The translations under genes and the position numbers were made by a program. A model generated the notes under the pieces. The model saw only the letters and a program-made list of their open reading frames with translations, was not told where the DNA came from and did not search any database. This document shows positions 9,880 through 23,100 of a stretch of DNA of 64,000 nt, one piece after another. The stretch comes from Prorocentrum cordatum (lineage: Eukaryota). The DNA is taken from positions 1 to 64,000 of the forward strand of contig CAUYUJ010000091.1 of NCBI GenBank assembly GCA_963575745.1, in the 5' to 3' direction. How positions within the stretch are numbered: the stretch's first letter is position 1; every line of letters starts with the position of its first letter.

Positions 9880-11815
9880 CCAGGAGGAGGAGGAGGCCTC
9901 GCTCGGCCCCCCCTTGCTGCATTTCTCGTGTCAGCGTTTCGCCTCCTCCCCCATCAGCCCTCCTCGCCCATCCTTGTCCCTCCCCCTCCCCCTCCCCCTC
10001 CACACTCACTCGATAGAGTGCTACTCTCGTCTCTCCACTGGTGACGTCCGTGAAATGTCCGGTGTTTACGCAGGATTCCCAGGAGTTAGGTTTTCGCTTG
10101 GGTTTGTTCTTCAAAATGTTGCTCTGCTGAGGCGCTGGCCTCATTTTCGGGCTACCGCTCGTTCCGAATCGTGCTCCCGCTGCAGGGCTGGCCTCATTTC
10201 CGCGCTTCCGCTTGTTCCGAAACGTGCTCCCGCTGCAGGGCTGGCGTCATTATTTCCAGCGCCGTGCCACAGCATGGTTGTCGGTCCTTTCAAATTGGCC
10301 CCCAAATGTATTAAAACAAATGCCCCCCGACAAAAAACATCGGAAGTACTTCCACGTTCGATGTCGATTCGTTGATTGTTGGGCCGTGGACCCCCCCCGG
10401 GACCTTAAAAAACGATCCGGCTGGAAAGCGCCGATCCGACTTGACCCCGTGAGGGGTCCAGGGGCCCAGTGTGAGCCGATGGCTCAAGGAAACCAGACCA
10501 TCGAACCTGGCAGCCCCCCGTACTATTCCCTGACATCCGTCCTCGCCCGCCGCAGCGTCCCCCGCCGCCGCCGCTGTCGTCGTCTGCGTCGTTGTCGCCG
10601 TCTGTGCGTTCCGTGGAGCTTCCGGAAGTCTTCGGGCCATCCGCCACGCCTCGTGCAGAGCTGTCCTGGGAGCCCAGGGAGATTTGGAAGGGTGTTCGGA
10701 GAACGCAAGGCAGCGTGTCGAAAGGAAGGGGGGTACGGGGCGTGAAAACGACCACAGCCACTGCTTTTCTTTTGTTGCCGCCTTCCAGCCCGCAGAAACA
10801 AAGCAGTGGTTGTGGTCATTTTCGTTGAGCTTGGCACCAGGGAAATGACCACAGCCACAGCTTCTTTTTCGGCCGGCTGGAAGGCGGCGCAAACAAGAGG
10901 CATTGGCTGTGGTCATTTTCCTGTCCCGCAGGGGGGGCCTTACGCTACTTCAGTACCCCTACCAGACGGCACTTGGCATTCGACAGCGCCCACATCGGGC
11001 AGGCACGGTTGCGCAGGACATGGAGCCGGGATTCCGGACAGGCCTTCTCTTTTTGTACACGGGCCATCTACCCTCCAAGACATCCAGTGCCATGTCATGG
11101 CATGCAAGGCGATGTTGCGTTGCGTTCCGCTGTGCGATGCCATGATTTGCGAGGTTACGCTTTGTGATGCACTGCTACACAACGCAATTCCAAGTCATAC
11201 TATGACATGCTTTGCTCTGCCGGGCTCGTCTGCACTGTGTATGCCGCGCTTTACTTTGCATCGCAAACCTTCTCGGGATCATTGCCTTGCTCGACATCTG
11301 CGCCATGGTAAGGGTTGGGGGGAAGGGGTATGAGGACAGATACGACGCGAGCGCACCTAGCTTGTCCCCCTCCCCCTGTTCCCCTCCGCAGAAAACTGGG
11401 GCGCCAACGCTTTCGTCAGCCGGGTTCTCGTCCGGGTTGTCGTGGCAAGATATTTGGGGCATGCTGGATGAGTCTGTGGAAAAGAACGCAGATTTATGTA
11501 AACACACACACACACACACACGCACGCAGTGTGTGTCTGTGGACTAGCACACATACGCACCGTTTTTTGTATGCGTGTGTGCGCTTGTGTGTATCTATGT
11601 GTGTGTGTGTGCTTCTGAGTGCGTGTGTTGTTTCCACAGCGTGTGGTTTTTTCTATTTTGAATGATGATTTTTCACTTCCCAACCACCCCGTCGTGTTTG
11701 GTACCGTCTGTAAGTCCTTGGCGCCGCGCCCCACCTCATTTCACCATTCTCCCCCTCATCCTCCCCCTCCTCTTCCTCCTTTTCCTCCTCGTCCTCCTCC
11801 TCTTACTCCTCCTCC

Positions 11816-14800
11816 CTCAAGCAGCTTGGGCTCGAGCAGGTGAAGGGCCCCAGAAAGCATGCCACGTTCTTGAGTCTATCCCGGGGTTTTCCTGCAGGGC
11901 TTGGGGGACACTGCTCACTCTCAGCAGCCAGCTTAGACAGGACACTGGCCAACGCAGGATTTTCAATTTCAACCATTTCAGGGATCCACAGATGGTCCAG
12001 ATGCGGGTCGTGCCAGATGTGCGAATGGAACTTCGTCCCCGCCCGCCGCCAGAATAAGTGCAGTCGGTGCGGCCAGGGGGTAATGGTCTACAAGGGACGG
12101 AGCCAGCGTCGGGTGCACTTCGCGAAGCAGAACGACGGTAGCAAGTGACGATTTGGGGTTGGTGGCAGCGAGTCGAAACGTCCCCAGCCGCTCCCTGTTG
12201 GCATCTTGTGCGGGGGCGCGAGAGACGGCAAAAGCAACGGGAGCGTCAAGCACCTCCTGCAGGAGGCCCTGGCCACCGCCCGCGACGAGGCGCTCACGGC
12301 ATCATTGCAGGCTCAGCTGGACAAGTTGGCCAGCGAGGAAAGCGGCCGAGAGGCCGCGAATATCACGCCTGCCGAGGCCCTGCGCGGGGCCGATGGGGCG
12401 CGGCGCAACGCCGGCCACCTCCACAGCCAGGGGGTGGACAACGTCGCTCGCCTCCACAGCAACCTGGTGGCGGCGGAGGCGAAGGAGCAGACGGCGGCGG
12501 TGCAATTGCCAGAGATGGCCGAGGCCAAGAAGGTTGCGGCCACGGCCCTCGCGAGGGCTGAAGGAGCGCAGGCTGAGGTCGGCTCGGCCGCAGGTGACCA
12601 GGAGGGGGAGATTATCAAGCTCAAGTGGGACGAGGCCTTTTGCTCGAGCCTGGAGGCCTTCGACGCCACGCCCAAGGAGAAGACGGCCTTTGGGGCGCTG
12701 CGGGACTCGCTGCAGGGCGCCCAGGACCTGTCGGACAAGGAGGCGGAGATCCAGGCGCGGCCCGAGAATATGCAGGATTACGAGAAGGCCATCGAGGAGC
12801 GCGCCGCCAAGAAGCGGTGCCAGGACGGCACGGCGGCGGCGGGCAGCGCGGGCGGGGGTCAGCCGGCGCAGCAGGCCAAGGATGGCCCGGCCGCCGCTGG
12901 CCAGGCGCTTGAGGCTGGCCTTGCGGCTGCAGCTGCGAAGGCGGCGTCGCCAACAGCCCAAAAGAGGCGAAACGCATCTCCGGGGCGTACAAGGCGAAAC
13001 GCGAGGCAGCGAAGGCGAAAGGCAAGGGCACGGCGGCTGCGATGCAAGCGGCGGCCCCACCATCGCCTTCGTCCTGACGGTGTCGAACGGGAACCTTTTC
13101 GGCCCCTGAATACTGAGGGGGCAGGCAACGCTGGCGAGGAATGTTGCTCGCAGTTTTCCTATGCGAGTGTCACGCGCCTGACGCAGAAGGTGTGGAAGTG
13201 CATTCAGGGGAACGCAGCGGCACATGACCATTGGGCCTCCACAGAGACTCATGTACACAAGGAGTCAGAGATCAAGCAGTGGGATAAGGCCGCACGAGCT
13301 TTCAACTTACGCATGTCCATAAATTCGGCTCGCCGCTCGTCCAAGGTAGTCTCCTGCGAGAGGGAGACTGTGTCCAACGAGGATGGCCAGATGCTTCTGT
13401 CCCGCAAGCACAGGCTCGAGCTGCTGCTAAGCACCTGAAGGCACCGATGCAGTCCGTGCGCGACGGCTCCTGCCCCATGATCCTGCAGCAGCACATCTAC
13501 CCCATCGTCCCGGTGGCCCTGATTCCCTCGAGATCGACGGGGGAGAACGTCGAGCGGTTCAACCGCCTCGGTGGATTTGTCCGACCGAGCCCTCAGAGCG
13601 CCGCGGCTGGCCATTGGCGACTTCAACGTGGCGCCAGAGGGGCTGCAGCGCGCCACTTTCCACGGGCTGACGGGCGGCCTGGCCCGCGCGCCCGGGGGGA
13701 GTGAAGGGCGCGTGTGCAGGAGGAAAAAGTGACGCAATGGTCGATTTTACTTACATGAGCCCAGCAGCGGCATCTTCTGTGAATGACATCATCGCTGCGC
13801 GGGGCGCGCCTTGCAAGCTGCATGTTGGCCTCGCTCTGTCTCTGAGGGCGCCGGGCCAGACCCTCGGGGCCCGCTAGCTGTCTCCCCCCCGAACATGCCC
13901 GGGGACGTCTTAGCACCGCCCGGGCGTCCCGGGGCGCCAGCGGCCCTGGGGGCCCACGTGGCCGACCTGGACCCAGATGTGTTCTGAGGTTTCTTAGGAG
14001 GGGGGCCCTTGGGCGCACGAGCTCAGTTTTCCGCGCAGACTTCCGGTCGGGGCTCGGACAGGCCCCCGACAGATCGGGCGCGGATGGCGCGTTGGCTGCA
14101 GAGGAAAAGATCGAGCAGAGCAGCGTTTCTTCAATGGCTTGCGAGGCCCCCCCCCACCACCACCACCACCGCCACCACCTATTTACGGCAGTTTGAAGAT
14201 CCCTTGTCGGGTTTGCCTTTCGCCCCGACACATCCCAGCAGGCTGCCCCGTCGGCGCCAAGGCTCGAAGTGGGCCCTGATCCTGCGCTCGAGATCCCCAC
14301 TGTTACGTGGTCGGAGGCTCGACAGCAGGTGGGTCTTTTTTTGGGTGCTGAAATCGTGGGCGGCCCATCCCATGTCCTCTCCTCTTTAGCCCTTTCGCTC
14401 GAACCAGGTCACGGCGCGCTCCTCGCGGGAGAGTCGGGGGCGGCAAAGAGGAGGGTGATGACTAGGGGGGGGGGATATCATGGCGTGGGCCATGGTGATT
14501 CTTCAGATTACACGGTGCCTCTTCTTATTTCATTACGTCCGTGGCCCCCCCCTGGGCCGCGCACGTGCCGCCGGCCATGTTTTGCGCCCCCCCCTCTTGG
14601 ACGCCCCCCTATCGGGGGGGCGCGAGACCCGGGTAAGCCGGGACGCGAGTTTCGCGCGGGAATTCAAAAACTTTGTTGCGAACGCTCGTCGGTTACATTC
14701 CGCCACGCGGCGCTGCTGGAGGCTGTTTTTTCGGCAGGATCGCTAGAAGTTCTAGTGAACCGAGTGATGCCTGGGACAGGGTTCAGGGGCTGTTGAGGGC

Positions 14801-17800
14801 CTCTCGAGGCCATCTGCGGGGCTGGCGCGGGGGGCACACAGGAAGAGATGGGCGAAGCAGGAGGCAACGGGAGGAGAAAGAGATGAGGGGAGGTGGGACA
14901 ACAAGTGGAGGGGACCATCGCGGGGTAATGAATAATCAGGGGAGGGTCCGTCAAAGAATTTTGACGCGGGGAGTCGGGCCGGTCATGCCGCCGACGTGGG
15001 CCACCGTCCGCTCGTCAAAAAAAAAGTGGTGCTCGTCAAATTTTACGCGCCAGAATTCTTTGAGAATGTCTCGAGCAATCGTCGTCGTCAAATTTTGGTT
15101 GGGCCTCGTCAAATTTATGATGGCCTCGTCAAATTTGATGTTGGGCGCGTCAAATTTTGACGTCCTCGTCAAAATCGGTTGGGGGGTCCAGATGCTCATG
15201 GCAGGCCTGTCCCATCTGATGTTTCGGAAAGTTTTTTGTGTTCTCTGGATTCGCAGTGGTAGTCGTAAAATGCGGCACGAACAAATCTGAAACTAGAAAG
15301 GAAACCTTTCGCACTTGATAGGGACATACGCGCGCGGGCGCACGTGTAGCACGCTTCGCGAGCGAAGCGGCATGCCATTTAATTTCTTCTTGATTGCATC
15401 GTTGAGAGTGGTGCGAGTCGTTGCAGCAAGGGGCCAGGGCATTCGATTGGACGCGGCACACTTGCATCGGAGCGCCCCAAAATTTTTGACGGACCTCTTC
15501 CGTCGTACCCGGGTCCTCCGTACCCGGGTCTTACGTCCCCCCGACCCTATTGGCCGCCCCCGGGAGAGCGGGCCTGTTGGGCGACGGCGGTGGAGGAGTG
15601 TTCCACATGCATCACGCTGTCAATTCAGCGACTGGGGCCGCGCGAGCAGCAGGCCCGAGGTCCCGTGAGAGACCACTGAGGGTCGCAGCTCGCGTCGGCG
15701 AGCTGGCCCTATCAGACCAACAAAGCCAATGGCGGGCTCGAGTCCACGCGGCGCTGTCAGGGGCGCAGCGCCTCCAGAGCAGGGGCACCGGAGTTCGCCA
15801 GCGCGATGAGTACGCTAAAGCGTGCGCACGCCCTGATAGGGCCCATGCCATTTTCGACTAGGGCCGCGGTGCCCCGCGGGATCAGCGGCTATCCGCGCTG
15901 GCTGACCCGACGAGGCCGGCAGCCCCAGTGCTGCAGATTTACGTCGTCGCAGCGAAGCGCGTGGCTTGAAAGGCCCAGCGAGCTGCCATACACGAGCCGG
16001 TCAACAAATTGAAGCGCGCGAGGTATATCGCGCGACCCGAGAGGGGCCCCGATTCGATGCTCTTCCAGATCCTTCCCTTGAGCTAGTCTACGCCAGCGCC
16101 AATCCCACGATGGCCATGGCGGGCCTTCGGGTTTGACATCCTGAGCCCAGTGGACTAACAGGGGCTACCTCGAGGGGCGGTCCTGGAGTTCACTATCTTG
16201 AAGAGTGCAGAGTCGCCGCTGGCCTCTCCAGCGCAAACGGCAAACCCAGCTCATCGCGTCGTTCCTCGCTCCCCAGAAGTCGCAGGGGGGGCGCGGCATA
16301 GGTGTGATATCAATGATGGGCCGGCTGCAGTCGCGCATTTGGGAACCTATAGTGAAGCAGTGGAGCAAAGATCAAGGACAGGCATGGCATGCCGAAGTTG
16401 CTGGGGAGGCACATCTTCGCGCAATTGATGAAGGACTCGCGCGTGAGATCGGAATGCAGTTCGGCAAGGACTCACCTGATTTGCAAGAATGTTACGAGCC
16501 ATTTCCATGGACAGCCCCTGGCCAAGGCCGCTATGAGGCACCATTTACCACAAGTAACTTTTCATATTTCATGGATTCAGCGCGTAGCATCCCGCGCGCT
16601 TTCCCAGGGGGGAGCAGCCAGCGAGCCTTTTGAGCCCTGCCAGTCGGCCATCCAAGGGCTGCGAGGGGGAACTCGGTTCGCTGAGATTATCACCCACTTG
16701 TGCTCGGCGCGGTGGCCACGGCGACAACGCGCATGACTCACAGAGCGTGGGTAGATGGCGCGCGACAGAACATCAGGATCATGCAGCCCGGCAGCAAGCC
16801 CGATTCGTAGAGTCGTGAAGACGGGCCAGGGCCTCGCCAAGGTTGCCTCGGGCTAGCAAAGAAGTCAGTCGACGCGCGCGCTGCGGCGGCCGACGCTCGC
16901 GCGGTCGCCAGGGCCGCCGAGATCAAGAGCTAGCCAGTCAAGGTTCTGCTCCAGGTACCATGTTTGGGGCTGGGTTTCAGCTGCGGCAGGCGCGGCAGAG
17001 CGACGCGGAGTCACCCTCAAATCAAGCATGGCCCGACGTGCGCGAAGGACAAGAGGTTCAGCCGCACCGCGTATCGGCGCGGCATAACGACTTGTCTCGA
17101 GCGCAACGGATACCAACCCGCGGAACCATGCTGAGTGCAGATGCATGGTGTGTTCGGCCAGCAGCTGGTCAAATGTCGCAGGAGGATGGGGCAGTCGCGC
17201 TCAGCAGGGGCGTATGGGGCGCTGTCTTGCAACGCTCCTTGACCCGCGGGCCCCAGGCGGCGACCCTGTCGTCGCGGCCCCAGTGGGCTGCGCCGGCGAG
17301 TGGCTCAGCGTCTGGCAGCGGCGGCCCGACGACAGGAGGGGCGTCCGCCAGGCCTGGCCCAATATGTGCGACCACATGCGCGGCCTCGAGCCCGAGCAGC
17401 AGGTGCGTGCTATTTGGGGACCTGCGTCGACGACCACCGTCGCCCTGCTGCGCATTGGCTGGGGCCCTGGGGCAGCATGTGCACGGTCGCGTGCATTCCA
17501 GCGGGGCGCCGCTGAGGAATGGCATTTTCCAGATGCGATCTATACTGGGAGTAATTTTCTGGACGCGCGCCACGATTTACTTCGCCGCGTGCGACGGTCA
17601 GCGGAGTTGACTGCCTGGGGCAAGGCAGCGCAGCACTATAGTGGAGAAAGAGCTGAAGGCGGAGTGGACAATCACTCCTTCAGGCTTCTCTTGGAGCAGG
17701 TCAGCCAGTTGCCGCGTGGTGTGCGTTGGTCAGAATTGTCAATTTCTGCGGGCGGCGTCCGGGCGCGTCAACGAAGCCAGGGCGAGATTGCCAAGTGCGC

Positions 17801-18390
17801 AGCTGGCAGTCTGCGCGACCGATGCCGATCCCACCCGGGGACGGCGCTACACAGATGTTGGAAGTGCGACAGGAATACGGGTCCTTCCACCTTACACCAA
17901 GTCGGACAGCCTGGTGCCAGAAGCGTCGGCGCAAGCTGTGTCTATTGAGTGCTCCTGGGCGCGGGGGCTGATGCTGCGCGGCTGGGCGGAAGTGCCCGGG
18001 TTCTCGGCGCGGGCGGCCCTGGAATTCACGGGCTCCCGCGAGCTGTCCCAGGGGGCGTTCCGAGTAGGCACGGCCGATCTTCGGTGATGCTAGTGACGGG
18101 GCGGGCGCAGGCATCAGCTAGTTCACGCGCATCGGCGTTGCCCTCGTATGCGTGGCAAGTCTCACTGCAGAGATCCAGCTCCATGGCGCAGCGTTCGGAT
18201 CATCACTCCGAGGCCCCGGGCAAGTGGTGGCCAGATGTGGACCGGATGCCTTGCACTTCGTCATGTCCTTACATATGTCACGGGCTGCGAATTTGTTGCA
18301 GCTGGATTGCATAAGCAGGCCTACCGCACCCCCGCAGGAGATGATGCGGATGTGAAGAAGCTGGTAGGTGATATTATGGTTTGTCGTTCA
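11816..18390 (+). mobile_element. Decayed near full-length LINE (LINE-B): ORF1-like, APE endonuclease, RT, zinc finger, RNase H; interrupted ~14430-15540
   Basis: Motifs occur across several frames. ORF1: CQMC..CSRC, then an Ala/Glu coiled coil (12000-12950). APE: YASVT, ETH, AIGDFNV (13610-13630), VDF. RT: PQKSQGGRGIGVISMMGRLQSRIW, DLQECYE, IQG, AWVDG. GPA...LLRIGW matches GPLGAAHLSLERIGW of LINE-A. Zinc finger LHRCWKC. RNase H remnants LRGPGQVVAR and YVTGC..DDADV. Confidence 0.8.
14944..15495. mobile_element. TIR element with subterminal CGTCAAA repeats, inside LINE-B
   Basis: GGTCCGTCAAAGAATTTTG at the left end and CAAAATTTTTGACGGACC at the right. About 8 CGTCAAA copies lie in 14949-15175. 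Confidence 0.65.
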
Positions 18391-21078
18391 GATTCGCCCT
18401 CTTCCCTCATGTGCCCCCTGATTATTGTTCTGATTCTCTGCAGCGGAGATTGTTCTGGACTGTTGTCGGCTTGCTGCTCGTGCCTAGGCGCGGTTGGTTG
18501 ACAGGTTGGGTTGGTCTTTGATGGTGCAATTGCGGAGGTTATTCAGCGGGCCGTTCGGTATTCTACTCGCGCGCGGGCTTTTCAGATTGCTGGACCGTCT
18601 TGCAGGTGAGCTGCCCATGCGGACAGCTCACCATGTTATTCGTTTGACCTCCCTCGTCTGTCCATTGCTTATATGTCTTGTTGCTTCTCAGCAGCGGAGA
18701 TTATTCAGCGTTCCGTTCGGTATGCTGCTTGCGTGCAGGCGCGTCAGTTTGCTAGGCCGTCTTGCAGGTCAGCGCCGACTGCGGACAGTTCAGTATTTGA
18801 TCCGCACTGTCTGGTCGTTGCTGATCCTCCGTTTTCCGTCATCCTCTCTCACCCTTCGAATCTTCCATACATTTTCGGCAGCAAAGATGATTCAGCCGGC
18901 GTGTCAGAATGCTGGGCCGCAGTGCAAGGGTTGCGCAGGAGAAAAGAGGGCGCATGATGCCCCTCTCTTCCCACCTATCGCACCACAGTATCGTACCCTG
19001 CTCCAGCATATCGCCCGACATTATCGTTTACTCGTCTTTTTCCGTTCTCCACTCCCGGCAGTACCGCTTCTTTTCTTGCACAGATCGTCTCCTCATCCCA
19101 CTCCCTTTGTTTAACCTCTATACGTTTTGTTGCCGCTTCCCTTCTAAGAGGCCCTTTCCCTCCCAAGATTGTGCGCCCATAGGACCTTCACACACCTGGA
19201 TTTGGCCCGCACATTGTGGCACTCATTGTTTGCAAAATTTGGGATCTACTGTGGACGGCGGCCTGGACCACGCCGGGGCGGCCAGATCCTTCTCCTGGCC
19301 CCACCTCGTCCTCCTCCTCCTCCTCCTCCTCCTCCTCCTCCTCCTCCTCCTCCTGTTCCTCCTCCTCCTCCTCCTCCCCCCCCCCCTCCCCATGTTCCTT
19401 TTCTTCCTCCTCCTCCGCCTCCTCCTCCTCCTCCTTCCTCCTCTTCCTCTTCCTCCTCCTCCTCCGCCTCCTCCTCCTCTTCCTCCTCCTTCTTCTGCCT
19501 CCTCCTCCTCCTCCTCCTCCTCCTCCTCCTTCTCTCCTCCTCCTCCTCCTCCTCCTCCTCCTCCTCCTCCTCCTCCTCCCTCCTCCTCCTCCTCCTCCCC
19601 CTCCCCCTCTCCCTCTCTCCTCCTCCTCCCTCCTTCTCCTCTCTTCCTCTCCTCCTCTCTCCTCCTCCTCCTCCCCCTTCTCCTCCCCCTCTTCCTCTTC
19701 CTCCTCCTCCTCCTCCTCCTTCGCCTCCTCCTTCTCCTCCTGCTCCTCCCTTCCCCTTCCTCCACTGCCCCTATGCATCCCACTCGAGCCCACCGCACAT
19801 TTACCGGGTCCTCTGGCCAGGCCTTTGGCGAGGGCCCCGCGCGGCGCCCCGATGGGGCCCTTGTCCGAGGGCTTCCAGGCAGGCTGCCGCCAGGGCCGCC
19901 GAGAGGGCATCCGCGGGGCAGCCGAAGGGCTCCGAGGGCCGCCGAGGGCTGCCGAGGGCCGCCGAGAGCGTCGGTTCGGCGGCGAGCGAGGCGGACAAGG
20001 CTCATTTCGATTCCTCCGATGCGATTCGATTCGATTTCGATGTGTGCCGATTCCGATTCGATTCGGCTCGGGATTCCGATTTGGGCTCCCATTTCTCAAT
20101 GGAGGCATACTAGCCTGCCAATTTCCGCCGACTCGACTTCTCCCGACTCGGCAACCGATTTCTGCCGATCCGATTCATGTCGATCGCCGATCCGACTTAT
20201 CGATTCGATTCTGGGCTCTCCCGGGGGGAAGCGAAGACCTCCTTAGAAGGTGGTGGGATTTTTCTGAAGGCCCTCGGCCTTCTGAAAAGGCTTCTGCGTC
20301 TTCGGAGAAGGCTCAGAAGACCTCTCAGAGGGCTGGGGGACTCCCCGGCCTTCTGATAAGCAGGGCTGGACCCAAACGCTGTTTTGCTGGACTTCGACCG
20401 TGTGCTTTGTTTTTCGTGGTGGCACGGAGAGGTACTGGAAGACAGGCAGAGCAAACCAAACAACAAAACTAAACAACAACGCTTAGGTCCAGCCCTGCTG
20501 AGAATCGCCGAGCGCGTTCCACTGCTCGCACCGTGCCTACTCGCAAGCGTCCGAGAAACACATGTCTGCTTCGATGCAACTTCTCATAGATCCCTCGCTG
20601 AGCATCCAGGCCACTTGCGAGTAGTCACTCTGCGAGTAGTGGAACGCGCCTGTCCAGAGCAGGCCCTCTCCTCCTCACTCCCCCCCCCCTTGGCTCGCCG
20701 CCGATCGGCGGGCTGTGCGAGGGCCTCGTCGCGCGGCGCGCCGAGGGCCTCGCGCAGCGCGCGGCGCGCGCGGGAGGCGCCGGCGCCGGCCGGCGGCGCG
20801 GGCGGCGGCCGAGCGGAACCCGCGGCTGCGGCGGGCCCAGGACCCGAGGCGCGCCTCGCCCGCGGGGGAGCCGGGGGCCCAATGTGTTCGGTGCTCCAGA
20901 TGTCGTAATAAAGGGAGGGGGGTCTCATTTCGGGGGGGGGTCTCTTCCAGGCTATCTTGGAGCGCCACTCTGGGGGGTCTGGGGACGGTGTTTTGGAGGG
21001 TTTTCCCACGGGGGAGGTCTGAAATGGCTTGTCTTGGAGGGTCCAGACCCCCTCCCTTTTATTACGAAAAAATCTGGA

Positions 21079-21264
21079 GTATCGTTCAGCCGGCCCCCAG
21101 CCCCATCCTCGTCACCTTCGAGACTCCCACCAAAGCACCACCCCAGTTGGGGATACACCCCTTCGAAGCCCGAAGGGAACGGCCCATATCCCCATCTAGG
21201 GGGGTAAGTCGGCCAGTTTGGTCCAGGGCACGCCGCCCGGTGTAGGGATCGGTTAAATGATACT
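21079..21264. mobile_element. MITE family G (GTATCGTTTAACCG ends)
   Basis: Internal CCCCAGTTGGGG…CGAAGCCCGAAGGGAA…GGGGGTAA shared with 35590-35712 and 37780-37912. Matching left end at 36827. Confidence 0.6.
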
Positions 21265-21576
21265 CAGATGCGGCTGTCCTGTCTCGGCGAGAGGACCGAG
21301 GTTACCTCAGGTTCAGTGGGAGGAAAAGGTACCCATACATCAGGCGATCGCAAGCATGGATTAAGGGGGCGTGGAGTAGCGACGGGTCCCGCATGGGCAA
21401 TCGCGGAGTGCCGCCGCCGAGCGGGGCGGCACCAGCCGAACTTCGGGGAGGGCACCTCCCCCGATCCATGGATTTGGCGACCACAAGCTAAATCCACGGA
21501 TCGCTAATCCATCTTTGCGCTCCTCCGAGAGAGGACCGAGCTTACCTGAGGTTCAGTGGAGGAGAAGGTACCCATA

Positions 21577-21752
21577 CAGTGGAGGCCCATGCCAAGACAC
21601 ACCCTGCTCGCCTCCAGGGTGCCCGGGGTTTCTTGGGTTCCGATGGTTTTGCTATGGAGATCGTGGCGTTCCCACAACAAGTATCAGTGGACGTCCTGGG
21701 GGTCTCAGGGTTGTGTTTCTTTGGAAGGTGTCTGGTGGACTGGCCTCCACTG
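21577..21752 (+). mobile_element. MITE family A (Tc1/mariner-pogo-like ends)
   Basis: TA|CAGTGGAGGCC…GGCCTCCACTG|TA. Homologous copies at 42231-42407, ~50221-50383 and ~63657-63820. Confidence 0.85.
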
Positions 21753-21924
21753 TAACCATACCTCTACCCTTCCCTCGTTTGTCCTTTTCTGGGCCTCCCT
21801 CCTGGGGGGCCTTCGTCGCCACCGCTGGATTCGCCTCGAGAGTCTGGTCAGAACGCACCCTGGGAGAGGTCTGGGGAGTGGCCGTATCGGTACCTTTTGG
21901 TTTCCCCAGAGATGGTTACAACAA

Positions 21925-23100
21925 TCATGGGACGAAGACCAATAGCAGTTCCTCTCCAGCCATCTGGTACCCGATGCGCTGTCGGTGTCGCCGCGGACGG
22001 TGTGCACTCAAGACCAAGATGCCGCCTCCGCTTTCGTACCAGTCTTGGGCGTCCAAATTTGTCGTTGTGTCTTGCTTTCGGTGGCGACGAAGCTCTGCCC
22101 TGTACGCCATGCCACGGATCTCTGCGCGCGATCCTTGTTCGAGGAAGCAGTCATGGTCCGCGCCTTGCGCTGTTAATGCTTTCTCCCTTGCCTCTGCCAC
22201 CTTTTGGCACTCGATCCGGTGCCTTCTCCAGCCCACGAAGGCACCAGCGTTGCGCGCTCACTCTGTCGGCCTCTTGGGGTGCTTCTGGGGGCCGTCCAGC
22301 ACTGCCTTGTTCCCCACTTGTCCAGGCTGGCCGTGCCCGTGTTCTGCCCGGCCCGCCCAGGCCTGGCCTGGCCTGGCCTGGCCTGGCCGTGGCGCCTGGA
22401 AGCGCGTGGGCAGAGGGGGAACGAGGACGGCGAGGGGAGGATGAGAACACTAAGAGTCCGAAGAAGAAAAAACGCCAGAAACAAGCTTCTGGCGCTCCGC
22501 GAGGATTTCTTGGATTCTGCTTGGGGACCTGGCATGAGGGAGACTCGATGATGGCGGAGGCATCGAGCACATCGTTGACAGCCTCCGAGGCCCACAGGAC
22601 GACGGCGTAGCGGAAGTCCTTCCAGCACTTCTCGAACATCTCTCCAGCGTGGTCTACGGCAGAGGAGTGCGACTTGTGTACTTCGCGCGTCCTGGCAGTG
22701 ATCCTCCTCGACGGCCTTCCTCCCTCAGCCATGGCCCGCGGGTACTTCCCGTGCTCGGGGCTCAGCGCCGCTTGGAGGTCGTCGGCCAGAACACCTTCCA
22801 GTGGCTTCCCGTGATGCTCCTCGCGCGCCGTCTTCAAGAGCCTGGCTGCCTCCACGGCGCCAGCGGTGCGCAGGATGTGGTCCCCGCGTCTGACGACCTC
22901 CTTCACGAGCTCGGGTCGGTACTAGGGGTGCGCAGCGCACCACGCAACGTATTGGGCCGCCTCAGCCTGGTTGCGCTGGGTGCTGCGCTCCCGCTGCGCA
23001 CGCCATGGCCATGGGCTCTCGCCGACTGCGGGGCCCGATGACCTCTTTCTCTGGCCAGCGTTGGCAGCTGCGTGTGACATGTCGTAGACCTCACTCAAGG
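21925..23100 (-). pseudogene. Degenerate coding fragment, possibly the N-terminal part of a DIRS/YR-type retroelement RT
   Basis: High-complexity frame 22151-22906 ending IESPSCQVPKQNP, reminiscent of the 'SP..xVPK' RT entry motif. It is cut off by repeats and has no catalytic motif. Confidence 0.3.

Noticed and set aside
11676..11710. HPVVFGTV resembling the cyclophilin HVVFG motif
   Set aside because: Isolated short match with no other cyclophilin sequence.
18440..18810. ~160-bp diverged duplication as a repeat-protein gene
   Set aside because: No conserved protein-like translation in any frame.
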